Assembly (NCBI GenBank): GCA_963758495.1
Contig: CAVWVI010000004.1
Span: forward strand, 320,001 to 384,000
Reading direction: 5' to 3'
Length of the DNA: 64,000 bases
DNA from: Oligoflexia bacterium
GTDB lineage: Bacteria; Bdellovibrionota; UBA1018
In this document: one piece after another, positions 1 through 10,412 of the stretch
Layout of the letters: each line of letters starts with the position of its first letter
Position numbering within the stretch: the stretch's first letter is position 1
Program-made: the position numbers and the translations under genes
Notes under the pieces: model-generated
Seen by the model: the letters and a program-made list of their open reading frames with translations, nothing else
What the model was told of the DNA's origin: nothing
Databases searched by the model: none

Positions 1-1
1 T

Positions 2-661
2 TGCCAAATCTTGAACTTGTTCAAGTGAGGTCACTTCCTCTCGTACCAGACGTGCACCATAGTTTAGCCGCCATCGATCGGATTCAACTTTTGAACCCGA
101 AAAAAGAGGCTCTGGAAAACCACTTAAAATTAAGAGGTCCGACAAAAGTTTCTGATGATGGCTATTTGTCGAATGAGCTTCTGATTGAAACTGTATTAAA
201 CTGTCAGGAGAAAAAGGAACTCCTGCGAACTCAGAGAGAGTAATCGGATGAAGATGATGCGCATAATAGCGACCTTGAAGAGAGTCACCCCCTCTGGAAT
301 ACAAATCGAGTCGCGCGCTTCCCGTGATCAAGATTCGATGATCTTCATGATGTTCGTCATATATACCTTTAAGCCAGTTTCTCCATCGTCTATTTTTATG
401 AACTTCATCAAACACCCAGAGCTTTGATTCAGGGTTTAACTGATTATGAAGAAGAAGCTTGCGATCTGAATCAATATCCCAATTGTAATAGGCCTTCGTA
501 TCACTTACCGATGGAATCAAACTTTTGGCAAGAGTCGTTTTGCCGCATTGGCGAGGCCCCGCGATAAATACCATTTTCTTCTTTAAATCTTCCTTAACGA
601 CGGGAGCAAGCCGTCTCGATATTTTATCTACTTTATTGTTATTATTAGGTATTTTATCCAT
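2..661 (-). CDS. AAA+ ATPase, AAA_14/DUF4143 type (3' end runs off the window)
   Basis: Not in the ORF track; translated by hand from ATG at 661: MDKIPNNNNKVDKISRRLAPVVKEDLKKKMVFIAGPRQCGKTT (Walker A), LWVFDEVHK (Walker B), ILITGSARLD, GDSLQGRY, LSGFPEP. No stop before position 1. Confidence 0.9.
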   Translation of the reverse strand, partial: MDKIPNNNNKVDKISRRLAPVVKEDLKKKMVFIAGPRQCGKTTLAKSLIPSVSDTKAYYNWDIDSDRKLLLHNQLNPESKLWVFDEVHKNRRWRNWLKGIYDEHHEDHRILITGSARLDLYSRGGDSLQGRYYAHHLHPITLSEFAGVPFSPDSLIQFQSEAHSTNSHHQKLLSDLLILSGFPEPLFSGSKVESDRWRLNYGARLVREEVTSLEQVQDLA

Positions 662-761
662 TAGTAGTAATTTTAGCACCTCCAAAAAAAAAAGCGATGT
701 TTTTTTAGTAAGTACAAAATTTACTTTGGACCACGTGCAGTTGATCTGACTAAAATAATCC

Positions 762-2384
762 TTATTTTCGTACGAAAAGTACTACCTTTTTAACCCCAAC
801 CCCAACCCCTGTTGGACTTTGTATTGGACTACATGCATCCCCCACCTCAACCCAATCTGGGTTCTGGAGAAGATCTGTATAAAGCTTCGACGCCTGATCC
901 AGTGGGAGTTCATACCGACCGATACCGGGAGAAAATAAAATAGAGTTGAGTTGATCCCACTGCTCTTTTGTATGAGGAACCCGATCTGTCCAAACTTGAT
1001 TCAAGGGCACAAGCCCTAATAAATGACTGGGCACTAATGCCCTTTTTCGAATGCAAGGTAAGAGTTTCTGAACCTCTAATTTAACTTCCGAAACTTGTTG
1101 AGACGGCCAAAAAATTTGAACACTTCCACTCCCTAGGAGAAGTGCAGCACCCAACGCCCACGCCGCTTTTTTGATCTTCGGCCCTGGATTGTCCCACCCA
1201 CTATGATTCTGGTCCTGATCCGCTGTGATTGCACAAATCCAAAAGGAAGCTAAAAAAGGTGCTGAATAATAATTCCAAAGAACACGAGGTCCTTCGAGCA
1301 CAGAATAAGCGCAAACCAAAGGTAATATTACCCACCAAAAACGAAGTGACACCCCTACCCAGGGTGCCAAAACAAGAAGCGAGATCCACGGCCGAGAAAG
1401 CAGAAAGCTTCCCACACCTTTTACAAATCCAAGAACTCCACCTTGATCTTGAATCAACTGTAGTGAGAGAGAGACAATATCAGAAACTCCAGACCAATGA
1501 AGCCCCCTAAAAGCCCCTACTCCTGCTCCAACGATAACAGGGTGTCCCTCCCAAATCGAAGGCCCCCAAGCTCCTGAGATCCAATTTTTAACGAGGAGAA
1601 CTTGAAACAAAACTCCGAAGCTTGCAACCACAGCACTCGAAATCACAGCTTTCCGTTGATTTCCTTTTAAACAGACAAGTCCCCACAAAAGCCAGGGTCC
1701 CAAAACAAAAACAGAATCCTCTTTCACGCCCACACATAAAAAAGTTGCAAGTACCAGAGAAACCCATCTGATTTGATTTGAACCTTCTAAGCCTAATGAC
1801 CAAAACCAAAGCAAAACAAAAAATGGATAAGCAGCTTCAGGATGCACATCATACATTAAAATTTTTCCAACTTGAGTGGACGCAAGAAATGCCATTGCAA
1901 ACACTAAAGAATAAAAGGCTCCCCATTTTTTCTTTGCGATCACTCCCACCATGATTCCTGCCGCCGTGAGAACGAGAGGATTAAAAATAAGGGCCACATT
2001 CACTGTCCCTAAGACCCAGGTCAACGGAGACAATACCATCCACGTAAACATAGGATGGACTGTCCCATGCTGCACAAACCCTAGACTTTGAGGAGCAAAA
2101 CGAGTCAGAAAAAAACCGCCTTTTTTTGCCTGCTCTAAAATATCCACGAATAGCCAGAAATCTTGTGCATTTAAACTCAATGCCCAAAACTGAGAAAATT
2201 TTCCAAGAAGAGCCAAAACAAAAAATACTGCACTGACTCCGAAGAGAAGTTTCAGGAAATATTTTTCAGAAAAATCATTGAACTGATTTTTAAATCGATC
2301 AAAAGAGCCGCTCAAATAAAGAAGAACCCAACCCGCTCCTACACACCAAAGCACCCATCGTAAATGAAATGTCCAACTGATCAT
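762..2384 (-). CDS. Polytopic membrane protein, DUF2079-like / GT-C glycosyltransferase-like
   Basis: 540 aa with many TM segments; motifs DFWLF, YDVHPE and GVKED resemble DUF2079 proteins. Confidence 0.55.
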   Translation of the reverse strand: MISWTFHLRWVLWCVGAGWVLLYLSGSFDRFKNQFNDFSEKYFLKLLFGVSAVFFVLALLGKFSQFWALSLNAQDFWLFVDILEQAKKGGFFLTRFAPQSLGFVQHGTVHPMFTWMVLSPLTWVLGTVNVALIFNPLVLTAAGIMVGVIAKKKWGAFYSLVFAMAFLASTQVGKILMYDVHPEAAYPFFVLLWFWSLGLEGSNQIRWVSLVLATFLCVGVKEDSVFVLGPWLLWGLVCLKGNQRKAVISSAVVASFGVLFQVLLVKNWISGAWGPSIWEGHPVIVGAGVGAFRGLHWSGVSDIVSLSLQLIQDQGGVLGFVKGVGSFLLSRPWISLLVLAPWVGVSLRFWWVILPLVCAYSVLEGPRVLWNYYSAPFLASFWICAITADQDQNHSGWDNPGPKIKKAAWALGAALLLGSGSVQIFWPSQQVSEVKLEVQKLLPCIRKRALVPSHLLGLVPLNQVWTDRVPHTKEQWDQLNSILFSPGIGRYELPLDQASKLYTDLLQNPDWVEVGDACSPIQSPTGVGVGVKKVVLFVRK

Positions 2385-2415
2385 AGTTTGTCTGAGAATA
2401 GCACTGAGCTATGGA

Positions 2416-3630
2416 TCAGAATCCAAAAATCGACTTCACTCCATTCAAAAGAGATCGAGTTAAATGTTTTGACCTTGGGCTTGTCACTTTTTCACTGTAC
2501 TTTTGTCCTTGTGAGAGCAATTTCCCAGTATTCAAATCAATTAAATCAGGAGCAAAACCTAATTTATTTGCATCTTCCTGAGGAGATCCCAAGTGTAAAG
2601 CGCCCAAAACCCCTGCTAATAATTTTTTCTTGTCATAAAGATTTTGTATCAAATACCCTGTATGAGACGCTATATTACCTAAAACCGTAGGTAAAGCTAA
2701 TTGCATGGCTAGATATCCGCTGCTTTTGTAGCCCGCTACTTTGGCTGCTAAAGTTGAATGAATACCCCCTAAAACATTCCGTCCTGAATCTCCCAAAACA
2801 GCGCTCGGCACTGGATCCCCTTGTACATTATGACGGATGTCATTATGTTTTCCAATCAAGCGCGTTGTATCATCATAAGCTTCTTGATCTCCCAGTACAC
2901 GAGGAGCGGAAAGCCTATAAAGCTGGACCTTGTTTTGATAAGAGTTATCAAACTCATCCCCCAGATCATTTTTAAGATAATTTTTGAAAAACTGAACGAT
3001 CGTCACTCCTGCCAAATGAGCTAATGCTGCTCCTTGACTGTGACCCGTCACAAAAACGGCTAAAGTTTCTCTCTCCTCGAGGGTCATGGATTGAAGTAAG
3101 TTTTCAATTTTCTCTAAGAGATCTTTTTTAAACTGACTCGTTTTGACTGCAAAGCCACGATGGAGTTTTCCTTCAATTCCTAAATGATGGGTTTCATTAC
3201 CCACTTTAAATGCATCAAAGTTGGTCATCCAATCAGCCTGATTTCTAGATCCGTGAAGAGCCACAACAAGAATATGATACGAAGAATGGTAGGCTATAAT
3301 TCCAGGGACATCATCATGAGAATAACCTGTCTTACCGGTAAATGGAGTGATCTGCCAGCCTTGACTCGTAAATGGCTGATAGAGAACATGGTCCTGATCC
3401 GTGAGGATTTGCCCCGTATTATCAAACTCATTTGCGACCTGATAACTGAGTCCAGCCAAATTTACGATGTCACGAGCATGAGTTTTAAAGGTGGGGTTCA
3501 CTTCAAATTGGCCATCGACTTCAAGTACAAGGGGAGAAAATACAGGAAGAGCTGCAGAAGCAGATGAAAGGGTCAGCGCTAGGACAAAAGTCCATTGCTT
3601 AACAAATTGACCTGCAAACTTTTGAATCAT
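2416..3630 (-). CDS. Secreted class 3 lipase
   Basis: Signal peptide, VALHGS, LHRGF and the nucleophile elbow VTGHSQG. Start moved to the ATG at 3630, which has an SD-like AAGGGGT upstream. Confidence 0.8.
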   Translation of the reverse strand: MIQKFAGQFVKQWTFVLALTLSSASAALPVFSPLVLEVDGQFEVNPTFKTHARDIVNLAGLSYQVANEFDNTGQILTDQDHVLYQPFTSQGWQITPFTGKTGYSHDDVPGIIAYHSSYHILVVALHGSRNQADWMTNFDAFKVGNETHHLGIEGKLHRGFAVKTSQFKKDLLEKIENLLQSMTLEERETLAVFVTGHSQGAALAHLAGVTIVQFFKNYLKNDLGDEFDNSYQNKVQLYRLSAPRVLGDQEAYDDTTRLIGKHNDIRHNVQGDPVPSAVLGDSGRNVLGGIHSTLAAKVAGYKSSGYLAMQLALPTVLGNIASHTGYLIQNLYDKKKLLAGVLGALHLGSPQEDANKLGFAPDLIDLNTGKLLSQGQKYSEKVTSPRSKHLTRSLLNGVKSIFGF

Positions 3631-3736
3631 GGCAATACCCCTTAATCCTTTAAGCATATAAAGGATTAATAGATTACCATAATTGTCAGGTAAGTCAATT
3701 ATAATTACTTTCTATTTAAATATAAATTAATATAAT

Positions 3737-5815
3737 TTAGTCTTCGTACCGCAATCCGACATAGAAGGTACGGCCTCGAATCGGAACCCCAATGTTCGAC
3801 AAATTTGGAGAATATTGCGTAAATACCTCATCGCCTATATTTTCAATTGTGCCGGTTACCTGGAAGTTCTTTACGATATTATATCCGACTCGAGTGCTGA
3901 AAAGGATGTGTGACATATCAGTAGGGTAAATCTCCGACGCAGAACGATAGGTAGAACTTAAATTCAGATTCGCTTGTCCTAAACTATAATTAATAATAGC
4001 AGAAGCAGAATTTCTAGGCTGTTCCAGTGTCTGGGTATTGCCTAAAATTCTCGTGTAAGTTCCCATTATGGAGAGCGCATTTATGGGAATCACCTTCATT
4101 TCAAATTCTAAGCCGTTGGTCATGAGCGTTCCAGAATTGATAAAAGGAACAACCACTGTTGGGGGGATAGGAGGTCCTGCTGTAATCAAGTTTTGTGTAT
4201 AATTATAAAATCCCGTGAGAGTCGCTGTCATCCTATTTTTAATATCATGACTATAAGACAACTCGATGGTATCGATTCTTTCAGATTTTAGATCAGAGTT
4301 CCCTTGCACCACAGGATTATTTTTTACATACAATTCTGTTAATGAGGGAGCGCGATAAGCATGACCATAGAATAACTTAATACGAGAGGTATCTGAAGCT
4401 TTGTAGATCATCCCCGCTCTCGGTGAAAGTTCTGATCCAATATCACTATACGTATCAAAACGCAGACCCGCAATGAGGGAAAGTCCACTTTCAAAATCCT
4501 GTTGATCCTGTACATAAGCACCATAAGTAGTGCGACCCACGCCTTCCTTCATCCAATTTCGATCTCCATTGTAGGTTTGAACATTTCCTTGATAGACGTA
4601 AGTCAGAGGATCGTAGTTATAATATTGAACAAAGCTGGGAGGAAGGGTGGACTGATAATTAAAACCAAGGTTGAAGGCATTGCCAGGTATCATATGCCAA
4701 ATCAAATTAGCATCAGCAGCGTAAGTTTCTGCCTCGGCAACAGGCCCACTCCAAATGGCGGCAGGTAAAGGGGATCCTAAAGGGGCGGGCGCTCCAGGCG
4801 CTAACGTGATCCCCGCTGGCACGGTTCTTATTAGAGTACTACCATACTCATCAGTATAACTTGTCACAATTTCAACTGACAATTTCTGATCAAATAAATC
4901 TTTCTTATAAGAAAGCTGAAGTCGATTTTGTCTATATTCCGATCGATTTTGCGGATCCCCCCCTCCAAATCCGAGAAATCCAAGCTGCATTGTATCTGCA
5001 TGATACAATGTCATTGTAAAATCTTGATACTTTAAACTAGCCATCATGTTTCGAGTAGCAATAGGATCCTTCAGAGTGCTCGTGACACCAAAATTATCTT
5101 GAAAATTCTTAAAAGAATAACCACTATCTTCGTACCCATCCACAAACAGAGAAAGTGCAAAATCATCATTCAATTTTTTATTATAATTAATTGCTACACT
5201 CGTGCGACCTATATTGCCCACAGTAGCCACCGCACTCGTTTTTTGCTCTTCGGTAATGAGATTCACAACCCCTACAAAGGCATTTGCACCATAAAGCGCA
5301 GAACCTGGACCCCGGATAACTTCCACCTGTTTAATTTGATTCAATGTCATGTGGCGATTCATCGCAGCAAAAGAACCACCATTCACGACACTATTGATGG
5401 GTTGCCCATTGATAAGAAATAATACTGATGATTCATATGGGGTTTGAATTCCCCTGACAGAAACCCTACCGAATCTATCAGGAAAGGAATCGCTGGTTAC
5501 ATTAAAGCCCGGTATGTAATTCAGCAGATCCTCTAATGTGGTGATCCCCATTTTTTTGATATCATCTTGGGTAAATACACTCACCGACGAAGGGGCGTCT
5601 GAAAGTGGTTTATTCGATTTAGTTGCTACTGAAACTGACAAATTAAATAGATTGGCAAGGGAAAGCTCTTCTACTGCTTTTGATGTTTCTTCCAAAGAAG
5701 AGGAGAGCTCCTTTTTTTCATCAGAAAAACTAAGTAAAGGCACAAAGAATAGACTGATGGTTATATAAATTAAGCAAATCGGGGATCTTTTCAATTTAGT
5801 TCGTACAAAGTTCAT
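3737..5815 (-). CDS. TonB-dependent outer membrane receptor
   Basis: Plug motifs DAPSSVSVFT and IKQVEVIRGPGSALYGANAFVGVVNLIT; C-terminal GRTFYVGLRY. Confidence 0.9.
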   Translation of the reverse strand: MNFVRTKLKRSPICLIYITISLFFVPLLSFSDEKKELSSSLEETSKAVEELSLANLFNLSVSVATKSNKPLSDAPSSVSVFTQDDIKKMGITTLEDLLNYIPGFNVTSDSFPDRFGRVSVRGIQTPYESSVLFLINGQPINSVVNGGSFAAMNRHMTLNQIKQVEVIRGPGSALYGANAFVGVVNLITEEQKTSAVATVGNIGRTSVAINYNKKLNDDFALSLFVDGYEDSGYSFKNFQDNFGVTSTLKDPIATRNMMASLKYQDFTMTLYHADTMQLGFLGFGGGDPQNRSEYRQNRLQLSYKKDLFDQKLSVEIVTSYTDEYGSTLIRTVPAGITLAPGAPAPLGSPLPAAIWSGPVAEAETYAADANLIWHMIPGNAFNLGFNYQSTLPPSFVQYYNYDPLTYVYQGNVQTYNGDRNWMKEGVGRTTYGAYVQDQQDFESGLSLIAGLRFDTYSDIGSELSPRAGMIYKASDTSRIKLFYGHAYRAPSLTELYVKNNPVVQGNSDLKSERIDTIELSYSHDIKNRMTATLTGFYNYTQNLITAGPPIPPTVVVPFINSGTLMTNGLEFEMKVIPINALSIMGTYTRILGNTQTLEQPRNSASAIINYSLGQANLNLSSTYRSASEIYPTDMSHILFSTRVGYNIVKNFQVTGTIENIGDEVFTQYSPNLSNIGVPIRGRTFYVGLRYED

Positions 5816-5967
5816 ATCGCCCTCAAGGTATAAGACAATGTGTCTCCTAGATTAGAAAAAATAAATGAACAGCTTGATCATTCTAATTAGAATGTTTAGG
5901 ATAGCAAAGGGAGAAATTAAATATTTTAAATGAAATATTTATTTTATAAGCCGAACGAATCAATTTT

Positions 5968-7137
5968 TTATAAAATGAGCATGGCGTCGCCATAGCTAAA
6001 AAAGCGGTATTTTTCACGTACTGCTTCCGCATATGCGGCAAGAACAAAATCACGACCTGCAAAGGTACTAATCAACATCAATAAAGTAGAACAAGGCAAA
6101 TGAAAATTTGTGAGCATCCGATCCATGACTTGAATTTCAAATGCTCCAGGCCGAATAAATAATGAAGTTCTTCCCACCCCTGATTGAAGATGGCTCTTTT
6201 TCCATGCACTCTCTAAAGTACGTGCGCTGGTCGTACCTACTGCTAAAACTCTGCGCCCTTGGGCCTTCCACTCCGTCACTCTTTGAGCGACTTCTGGGGA
6301 GATTTCATATCGTTCTTCATGCATTTTATGTTTACGAATATCAGTTTCTTTTACGGGTCTAAAAGTTCCAAGTCCCACATGAAGCGTCACTTCTGCCCAC
6401 CCTATTCCTCTTTCCTTCAGTGCCGCCAAAGTGTGAGCCGTAAAATGCAATCCTGCTGTGGGTGCGGCGGCTGAGCCCAGATTTTTTGCGTACAACGTTT
6501 GGTAATCACTGTCGTCTTCATTATGATCTGGTTTATGATCGGGTTGATTGCCTGAAGCAACTGGATTTCGGTGAATGTAATGAGGCAATGGGACTTCGCC
6601 TGCCCCACTTTCAATAGGATCTCGATCGAACTTCGCTACTACTGTACCGGTGGGTGAATCTGCTGAACCACGAACCAAAGTTCCCCGTAGCCCGCGACCA
6701 TCCGGCGTAGGAATCTCAAAACAAAGCCCGGGCAAATATTTTGCGCTCGCATGAAAAAGACCTTCCCACACACGGGGTTGAAGTTCCTCTAAAAGCACGA
6801 ACTCAACTTTACCCCCGATGATTTCTTTGGAGGCTTCTTTTCTAGCTTCTTTTCTAGCTTTTGGGCTCACCTCAGTACGAATCCGATGGCCTAATAATCG
6901 AGCTTTTAAGACTTGAGTATTATTTGCGACAATTAAGTCATTCGAATCTAAATATTCAGGTAAATCTTTAAATGTCCTATGCTCCCAACTTTTTGTCGCC
7001 CGACGTAAAACCATGAGCCTGGAAGAATCACGTGGCATAGCGGGTTTCTGAGCGATCAGATTTTCTGGTAAATCATAATGATACGCCATTAAATCATCTT
7101 CGAACTTAAGAGTGGGCCTAAAATCACCATTTGACAT
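5968..7137 (-). CDS. queA: S-adenosylmethionine:tRNA ribosyltransferase-isomerase
   Basis: Motifs YDLPENLIAQ, AAPTAGLHFT, TLHVGLGTF, AVGTTS, TNFHLP and YRFFSYGDAM. Confidence 0.97.
   Translation of the reverse strand: MSNGDFRPTLKFEDDLMAYHYDLPENLIAQKPAMPRDSSRLMVLRRATKSWEHRTFKDLPEYLDSNDLIVANNTQVLKARLLGHRIRTEVSPKARKEARKEASKEIIGGKVEFVLLEELQPRVWEGLFHASAKYLPGLCFEIPTPDGRGLRGTLVRGSADSPTGTVVAKFDRDPIESGAGEVPLPHYIHRNPVASGNQPDHKPDHNEDDSDYQTLYAKNLGSAAAPTAGLHFTAHTLAALKERGIGWAEVTLHVGLGTFRPVKETDIRKHKMHEERYEISPEVAQRVTEWKAQGRRVLAVGTTSARTLESAWKKSHLQSGVGRTSLFIRPGAFEIQVMDRMLTNFHLPCSTLLMLISTFAGRDFVLAAYAEAVREKYRFFSYGDAMLIL
6823..6858. repeat. 12-bp in-frame tandem repeat (x3) inside queA
   Basis: ttctttggaggc ttcttttctagc ttcttttctagc, encoding ARKE ARKE ASKE. 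Confidence 0.8.
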
Positions 7138-7148
7138 AGACCGTCAAA

Positions 7149-8471
7149 CTACCACAACTTTCGAATAATTGCGTCAGGGTAGTAGTATTTGAGAATAGCA
7201 GCCATCTTAAATCCTTTTTCACCCATTTCTTTTGCGCCCCACTGACACATTCCCACCCCATGTCCATTTCCACGACCTTGAAAATGCCAGACTTTTATCG
7301 GTAAATCGCCACTCAATTTCCCACTCCATCTCCCATTCAATTTCCCATTCAATTTCATAGAAGAGGTCAGTTGAAATGAGGTACTTCTCATCTGCGAAAA
7401 CCCCACCCACTCTCTCAACTGCACGCCCTGGAGCGGTAGATAGACCTGCCTCTTTCCATACTCCCAGACGAGAATTAACCGTAAAACCCTTCCCTCAGTG
7501 CTTGTCTGACTCACCCAAAGCTCTTTCAGGTGACCCTGTTTGAGGGGTGCTAAATTACTTCTGTGCCAATTTACGGGGAGTCCGGTTAAACTGATTCCTT
7601 TTAAAATCAAGTCCTCAAGCTCTTGTGTTCGAAGCTCTAAACTCCATTGAAAGCGTGGAGACGTCTTACAAAAAGGACAGAAAACTCGACGTTTGAAACC
7701 GGGCAAAGGCCTTCCCCATACATTTTCAGGAAGCTCAGTCACACCTCCACACGTGGAATGATAAAACGCTTTCATAGGAAAGAGATTATGATTTTTTTCA
7801 GCTGATAAAATCAGCCCCCGTGTTTGATTCACGGCCCAATAAGATTGAAAGTCTTCGTGAATAGAGCCATTGTAAACTTGGTCTTTAACCGTGGCATCTA
7901 CGTCGAAATGAGAAGATTTCTTCAATTGAGATTCTAATATTTGAAAATACGCATAAGTTCTCGCAGCGACGACTTGTGCCTCGATGGCTTCTTTACTCCA
8001 TTGAGAAGAAAACTCAGCATTCACTAAACCCTCTAAATACTTTTCCAACCCAAGATGGTTCACCACTTCACAAGCTTTACCCTTTGAGTAAATTCGCAGC
8101 TCATCACGATAGGGATGACCCATAAAATTTAAAAAACCAGCCTGAGCCTCAATAGAAATACTTTCTGGTAGATTTAAAATAACGCTTCTCTCACCCTCCG
8201 CTAAAGACTTCGCTTGAATGGAGCCATTCACACAATTGAGTTCCCATTCACTTGATTGATTCATTGAGGTCACTAAGCTCAGTTTGCCACTCTGAATTTT
8301 ATAAATTTGCAGATGAAATCCAGATAGTCTCAAATGTTGAATGGCTTCAGTGATCCTCACCCGAATTTTTATTAAACCGAGATTCTTATTTGGAATTGCA
8401 AAAGCATGAGACCCTAAGAGCAAAAAGAATAAAATAGGCAAAAAAGACCAACTTCTATTCGTAATCAGCAT
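7149..8471 (-). CDS. SpoIID/LytB domain lytic transglycosylase
   Basis: Motifs LEKYLEGLVNAE, AQVVAARTY, DQVY, FYHSTCGG, GNGHGVGMCQWGA and ILKYYYP. Confidence 0.92.
   Translation of the reverse strand: MLITNRSWSFLPILFFLLLGSHAFAIPNKNLGLIKIRVRITEAIQHLRLSGFHLQIYKIQSGKLSLVTSMNQSSEWELNCVNGSIQAKSLAEGERSVILNLPESISIEAQAGFLNFMGHPYRDELRIYSKGKACEVVNHLGLEKYLEGLVNAEFSSQWSKEAIEAQVVAARTYAYFQILESQLKKSSHFDVDATVKDQVYNGSIHEDFQSYWAVNQTRGLILSAEKNHNLFPMKAFYHSTCGGVTELPENVWGRPLPGFKRRVFCPFCKTSPRFQWSLELRTQELEDLILKGISLTGLPVNWHRSNLAPLKQGHLKELWVSQTSTEGRVLRLILVWEYGKRQVYLPLQGVQLREWVGFSQMRSTSFQLTSSMKLNGKLNGRWSGKLSGDLPIKVWHFQGRGNGHGVGMCQWGAKEMGEKGFKMAAILKYYYPDAIIRKLW
7309..7356. repeat. 12-bp degenerate tandem repeat (x4) inside the SpoIID gene
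   Basis: ccactcaatttc ccactccatctc ccattcaatttc ccattcaatttc, encoding KLNG KLNG RWSG KLSG. Confidence 0.8.
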
Positions 8472-8637
8472 GCGTCAATTCAGAATAAAGACCAAATCCA
8501 GTAAAGGCAAATCTTTCCTATTTAGACCCTCTCACTGAACTCCGAGAAGTCTTTTGTAACAAAGAAAAACTTGCTGCAAAGCCGCAACCACAACGGCCCA
8601 CGAAATGCGTAGCAATTAGGAACCAGAGGAGTAGAAA

Positions 8638-8871
8638 ATGAACGAGAGAAATGATTTAACCTCTAAAGAAGTCAATCCCGATACAGACGGGCTTTCGCCA
8701 TTTTTTGGCACCGCACGAGAGGTACTTGCAAAATATACTCATTGTGCAATCTGCGGTGCCTTCCTCCACTTTACGCATGTTACTGATTTTAGTCGGAATT
8801 TAACCCAAGAGACCGCTAAGTGCCCTGAATGCGGAGTCAGAGCCCGCAGCCTAATGCATCGACTCCAATAA
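8638..8871 (+). CDS. Small zinc-ribbon hypothetical protein
   Basis: CAICG and CPECG pairs; SD GAGGAG upstream. Confidence 0.7.
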   Translation: MNERNDLTSKEVNPDTDGLSPFFGTAREVLAKYTHCAICGAFLHFTHVTDFSRNLTQETAKCPECGVRARSLMHRLQ

Positions 8872-8985
8872 AAGATCACGATTTGCTATCTTTACATCTG
8901 GAGATAGATCAATGATAGTGCAGTGATGTGCCCTACGCCGCAACGCAACACTTGGAGCAGTTTTCTACCTCGCCGTGCAATCATC

Positions 8986-9609
8986 ATGACACGTCAGCAA
9001 GCACCGAAAAACTTTGCTGAAACCGAAATTTTAATTCCTCCTCCGCAAGACTCGCTTTTACGCATTACTGCCGAGCTTCAAGGTTGCACTCGTTGCAAAC
9101 TCTGCGAAAAGCGTAAAACGATCGTCATCGGCGAAGGAAATCCATCGGCGGAATTAGTTTTCATAGGTGAAGGCCCAGGCGAACAAGAAGATCTCCAAGG
9201 AAGGCCTTTCGTTGGCAAAGCAGGTCAACTCTTAGATCGAATGATCGAAGCCATGGGATTAGATCGACAGAAAGTCTATATTGCCAATGTTGTCAAATGT
9301 CGCCCCCCCGGAAATCGGAATCCAGAACCCGATGAGATCATGGCTTGTAGCCCTTTTTTATACCGGCAAATCGAAGTGGTTCAGCCTAAAATCATTGTTG
9401 CTCTAGGTAAATTTGCAGCTCAAACTCTTTTGAACACAACCGAAGGAATCACGAGTCTTCGTGGTAAATTTTATCCCTATCGAAGCACTAAAATTATGCC
9501 CATTTTTCATCCTGCCTACCTCTTAAGAAATCCTTCTGCCAAAAAGGAGGCCTGGATTGATCTGAAGCGGGTTGCGAATGAACTAGGAATTCAAATACCC
9601 AAGCGCTAG
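8986..9609 (+). CDS. Uracil-DNA glycosylase family 4 (Fe-S)
   Basis: Motifs CTRCKLC, FIGEGPG, GRPFVGKAG, NVVKCRPP and FHPAYLLR. The start is uncertain (8923 is possible). Confidence 0.93.
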   Translation: MTRQQAPKNFAETEILIPPPQDSLLRITAELQGCTRCKLCEKRKTIVIGEGNPSAELVFIGEGPGEQEDLQGRPFVGKAGQLLDRMIEAMGLDRQKVYIANVVKCRPPGNRNPEPDEIMACSPFLYRQIEVVQPKIIVALGKFAAQTLLNTTEGITSLRGKFYPYRSTKIMPIFHPAYLLRNPSAKKEAWIDLKRVANELGIQIPKR

Positions 9610-9649
9610 ACTGGTGAACAGAGCTAAACGTTGTTAATGAGGAGTTATC

Positions 9650-10399
9650 ATGGAATTCATTTCTGGCGGTTTCTTGTTTCTGATACTTGCGTGTTTTTTA
9701 TTCGCAGTGATGAGCATCAAGGTACTCAACGAGTACGAACGTGGAGTGATTTTCCGTTTAGGTCGTATTATTGGCGCAAAAGGCCCAGGATTAATGATCC
9801 TCATCCCCGTAGTCGATCGAATGGTCCGAGTGGATCTCAGAACAATTACTCTCGATATCCCTCCTCAGGATGTCATCAGTCGCGACAATGTCACAATTAA
9901 AGTCAACGCAGTCGTATACTTTCGAGTCATTGAGCCCAATCGAGCCGTGATTGAAGTAGAAAACTACCTCATGGCCACGTCAAAACTCGCTCAAACCACA
10001 CTTCGCTCCGTCCTTGGTCAAGTTGAATTGGACGAACTGCTCTCTTCAAGAGAATCCATTAACCACCGATTGCAGACTATTTTAGATGCTCAAACAGAAC
10101 CTTGGGGCGTAAAAATTTCTAACGTAGAAGTGAAGCAAATAGACTTACCTGTAGAAATGCAAAGAGCAATGGCAAAACAAGCGGAAGCAGAACGAGAACG
10201 CCGCGCCAAAATCATTGCTGCAGAGGGCGAATTTCAGGCGTCACAAAAACTCGCAGAAGCTGCTCAGATCATGGAACAACGACCTATGTCACTGCAGCTC
10301 CGCTATTTACAAACGATTCGCGAAATGTCGAGTGAACATACGACAAACACTATTATTCCACTACCTATCGACCTGATCAGCCAATTTTTTAAAAAGTAG
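9650..10399 (+). CDS. SPFH/band 7 stomatin-like (slipin) protein
   Basis: Motifs [35 protein letters not shown] and LQLRYLQT. Confidence 0.93.
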   Translation: MEFISGGFLFLILACFLFAVMSIKVLNEYERGVIFRLGRIIGAKGPGLMILIPVVDRMVRVDLRTITLDIPPQDVISRDNVTIKVNAVVYFRVIEPNRAVIEVENYLMATSKLAQTTLRSVLGQVELDELLSSRESINHRLQTILDAQTEPWGVKISNVEVKQIDLPVEMQRAMAKQAEAERERRAKIIAAEGEFQASQKLAEAAQIMEQRPMSLQLRYLQTIREMSSEHTTNTIIPLPIDLISQFFKK

Positions 10400-10412
10400 C
10401 CTTTCTCTAAAC

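Noticed and set aside
1..749. Plus-strand ORFs 1-243 and 525-749
   Set aside because: They are shadows of the minus-strand AAA+ ATPase at 2-661.
716..757. Operator palindrome upstream of the left ATPase
   Set aside because: The symmetry is too degenerate to call.
8472..8637. c-di-GMP-I riboswitch (GGCAAA and GCAAAGCC fragments)
   Set aside because: The spacing and stems do not fit; a covariance-model search would be needed.
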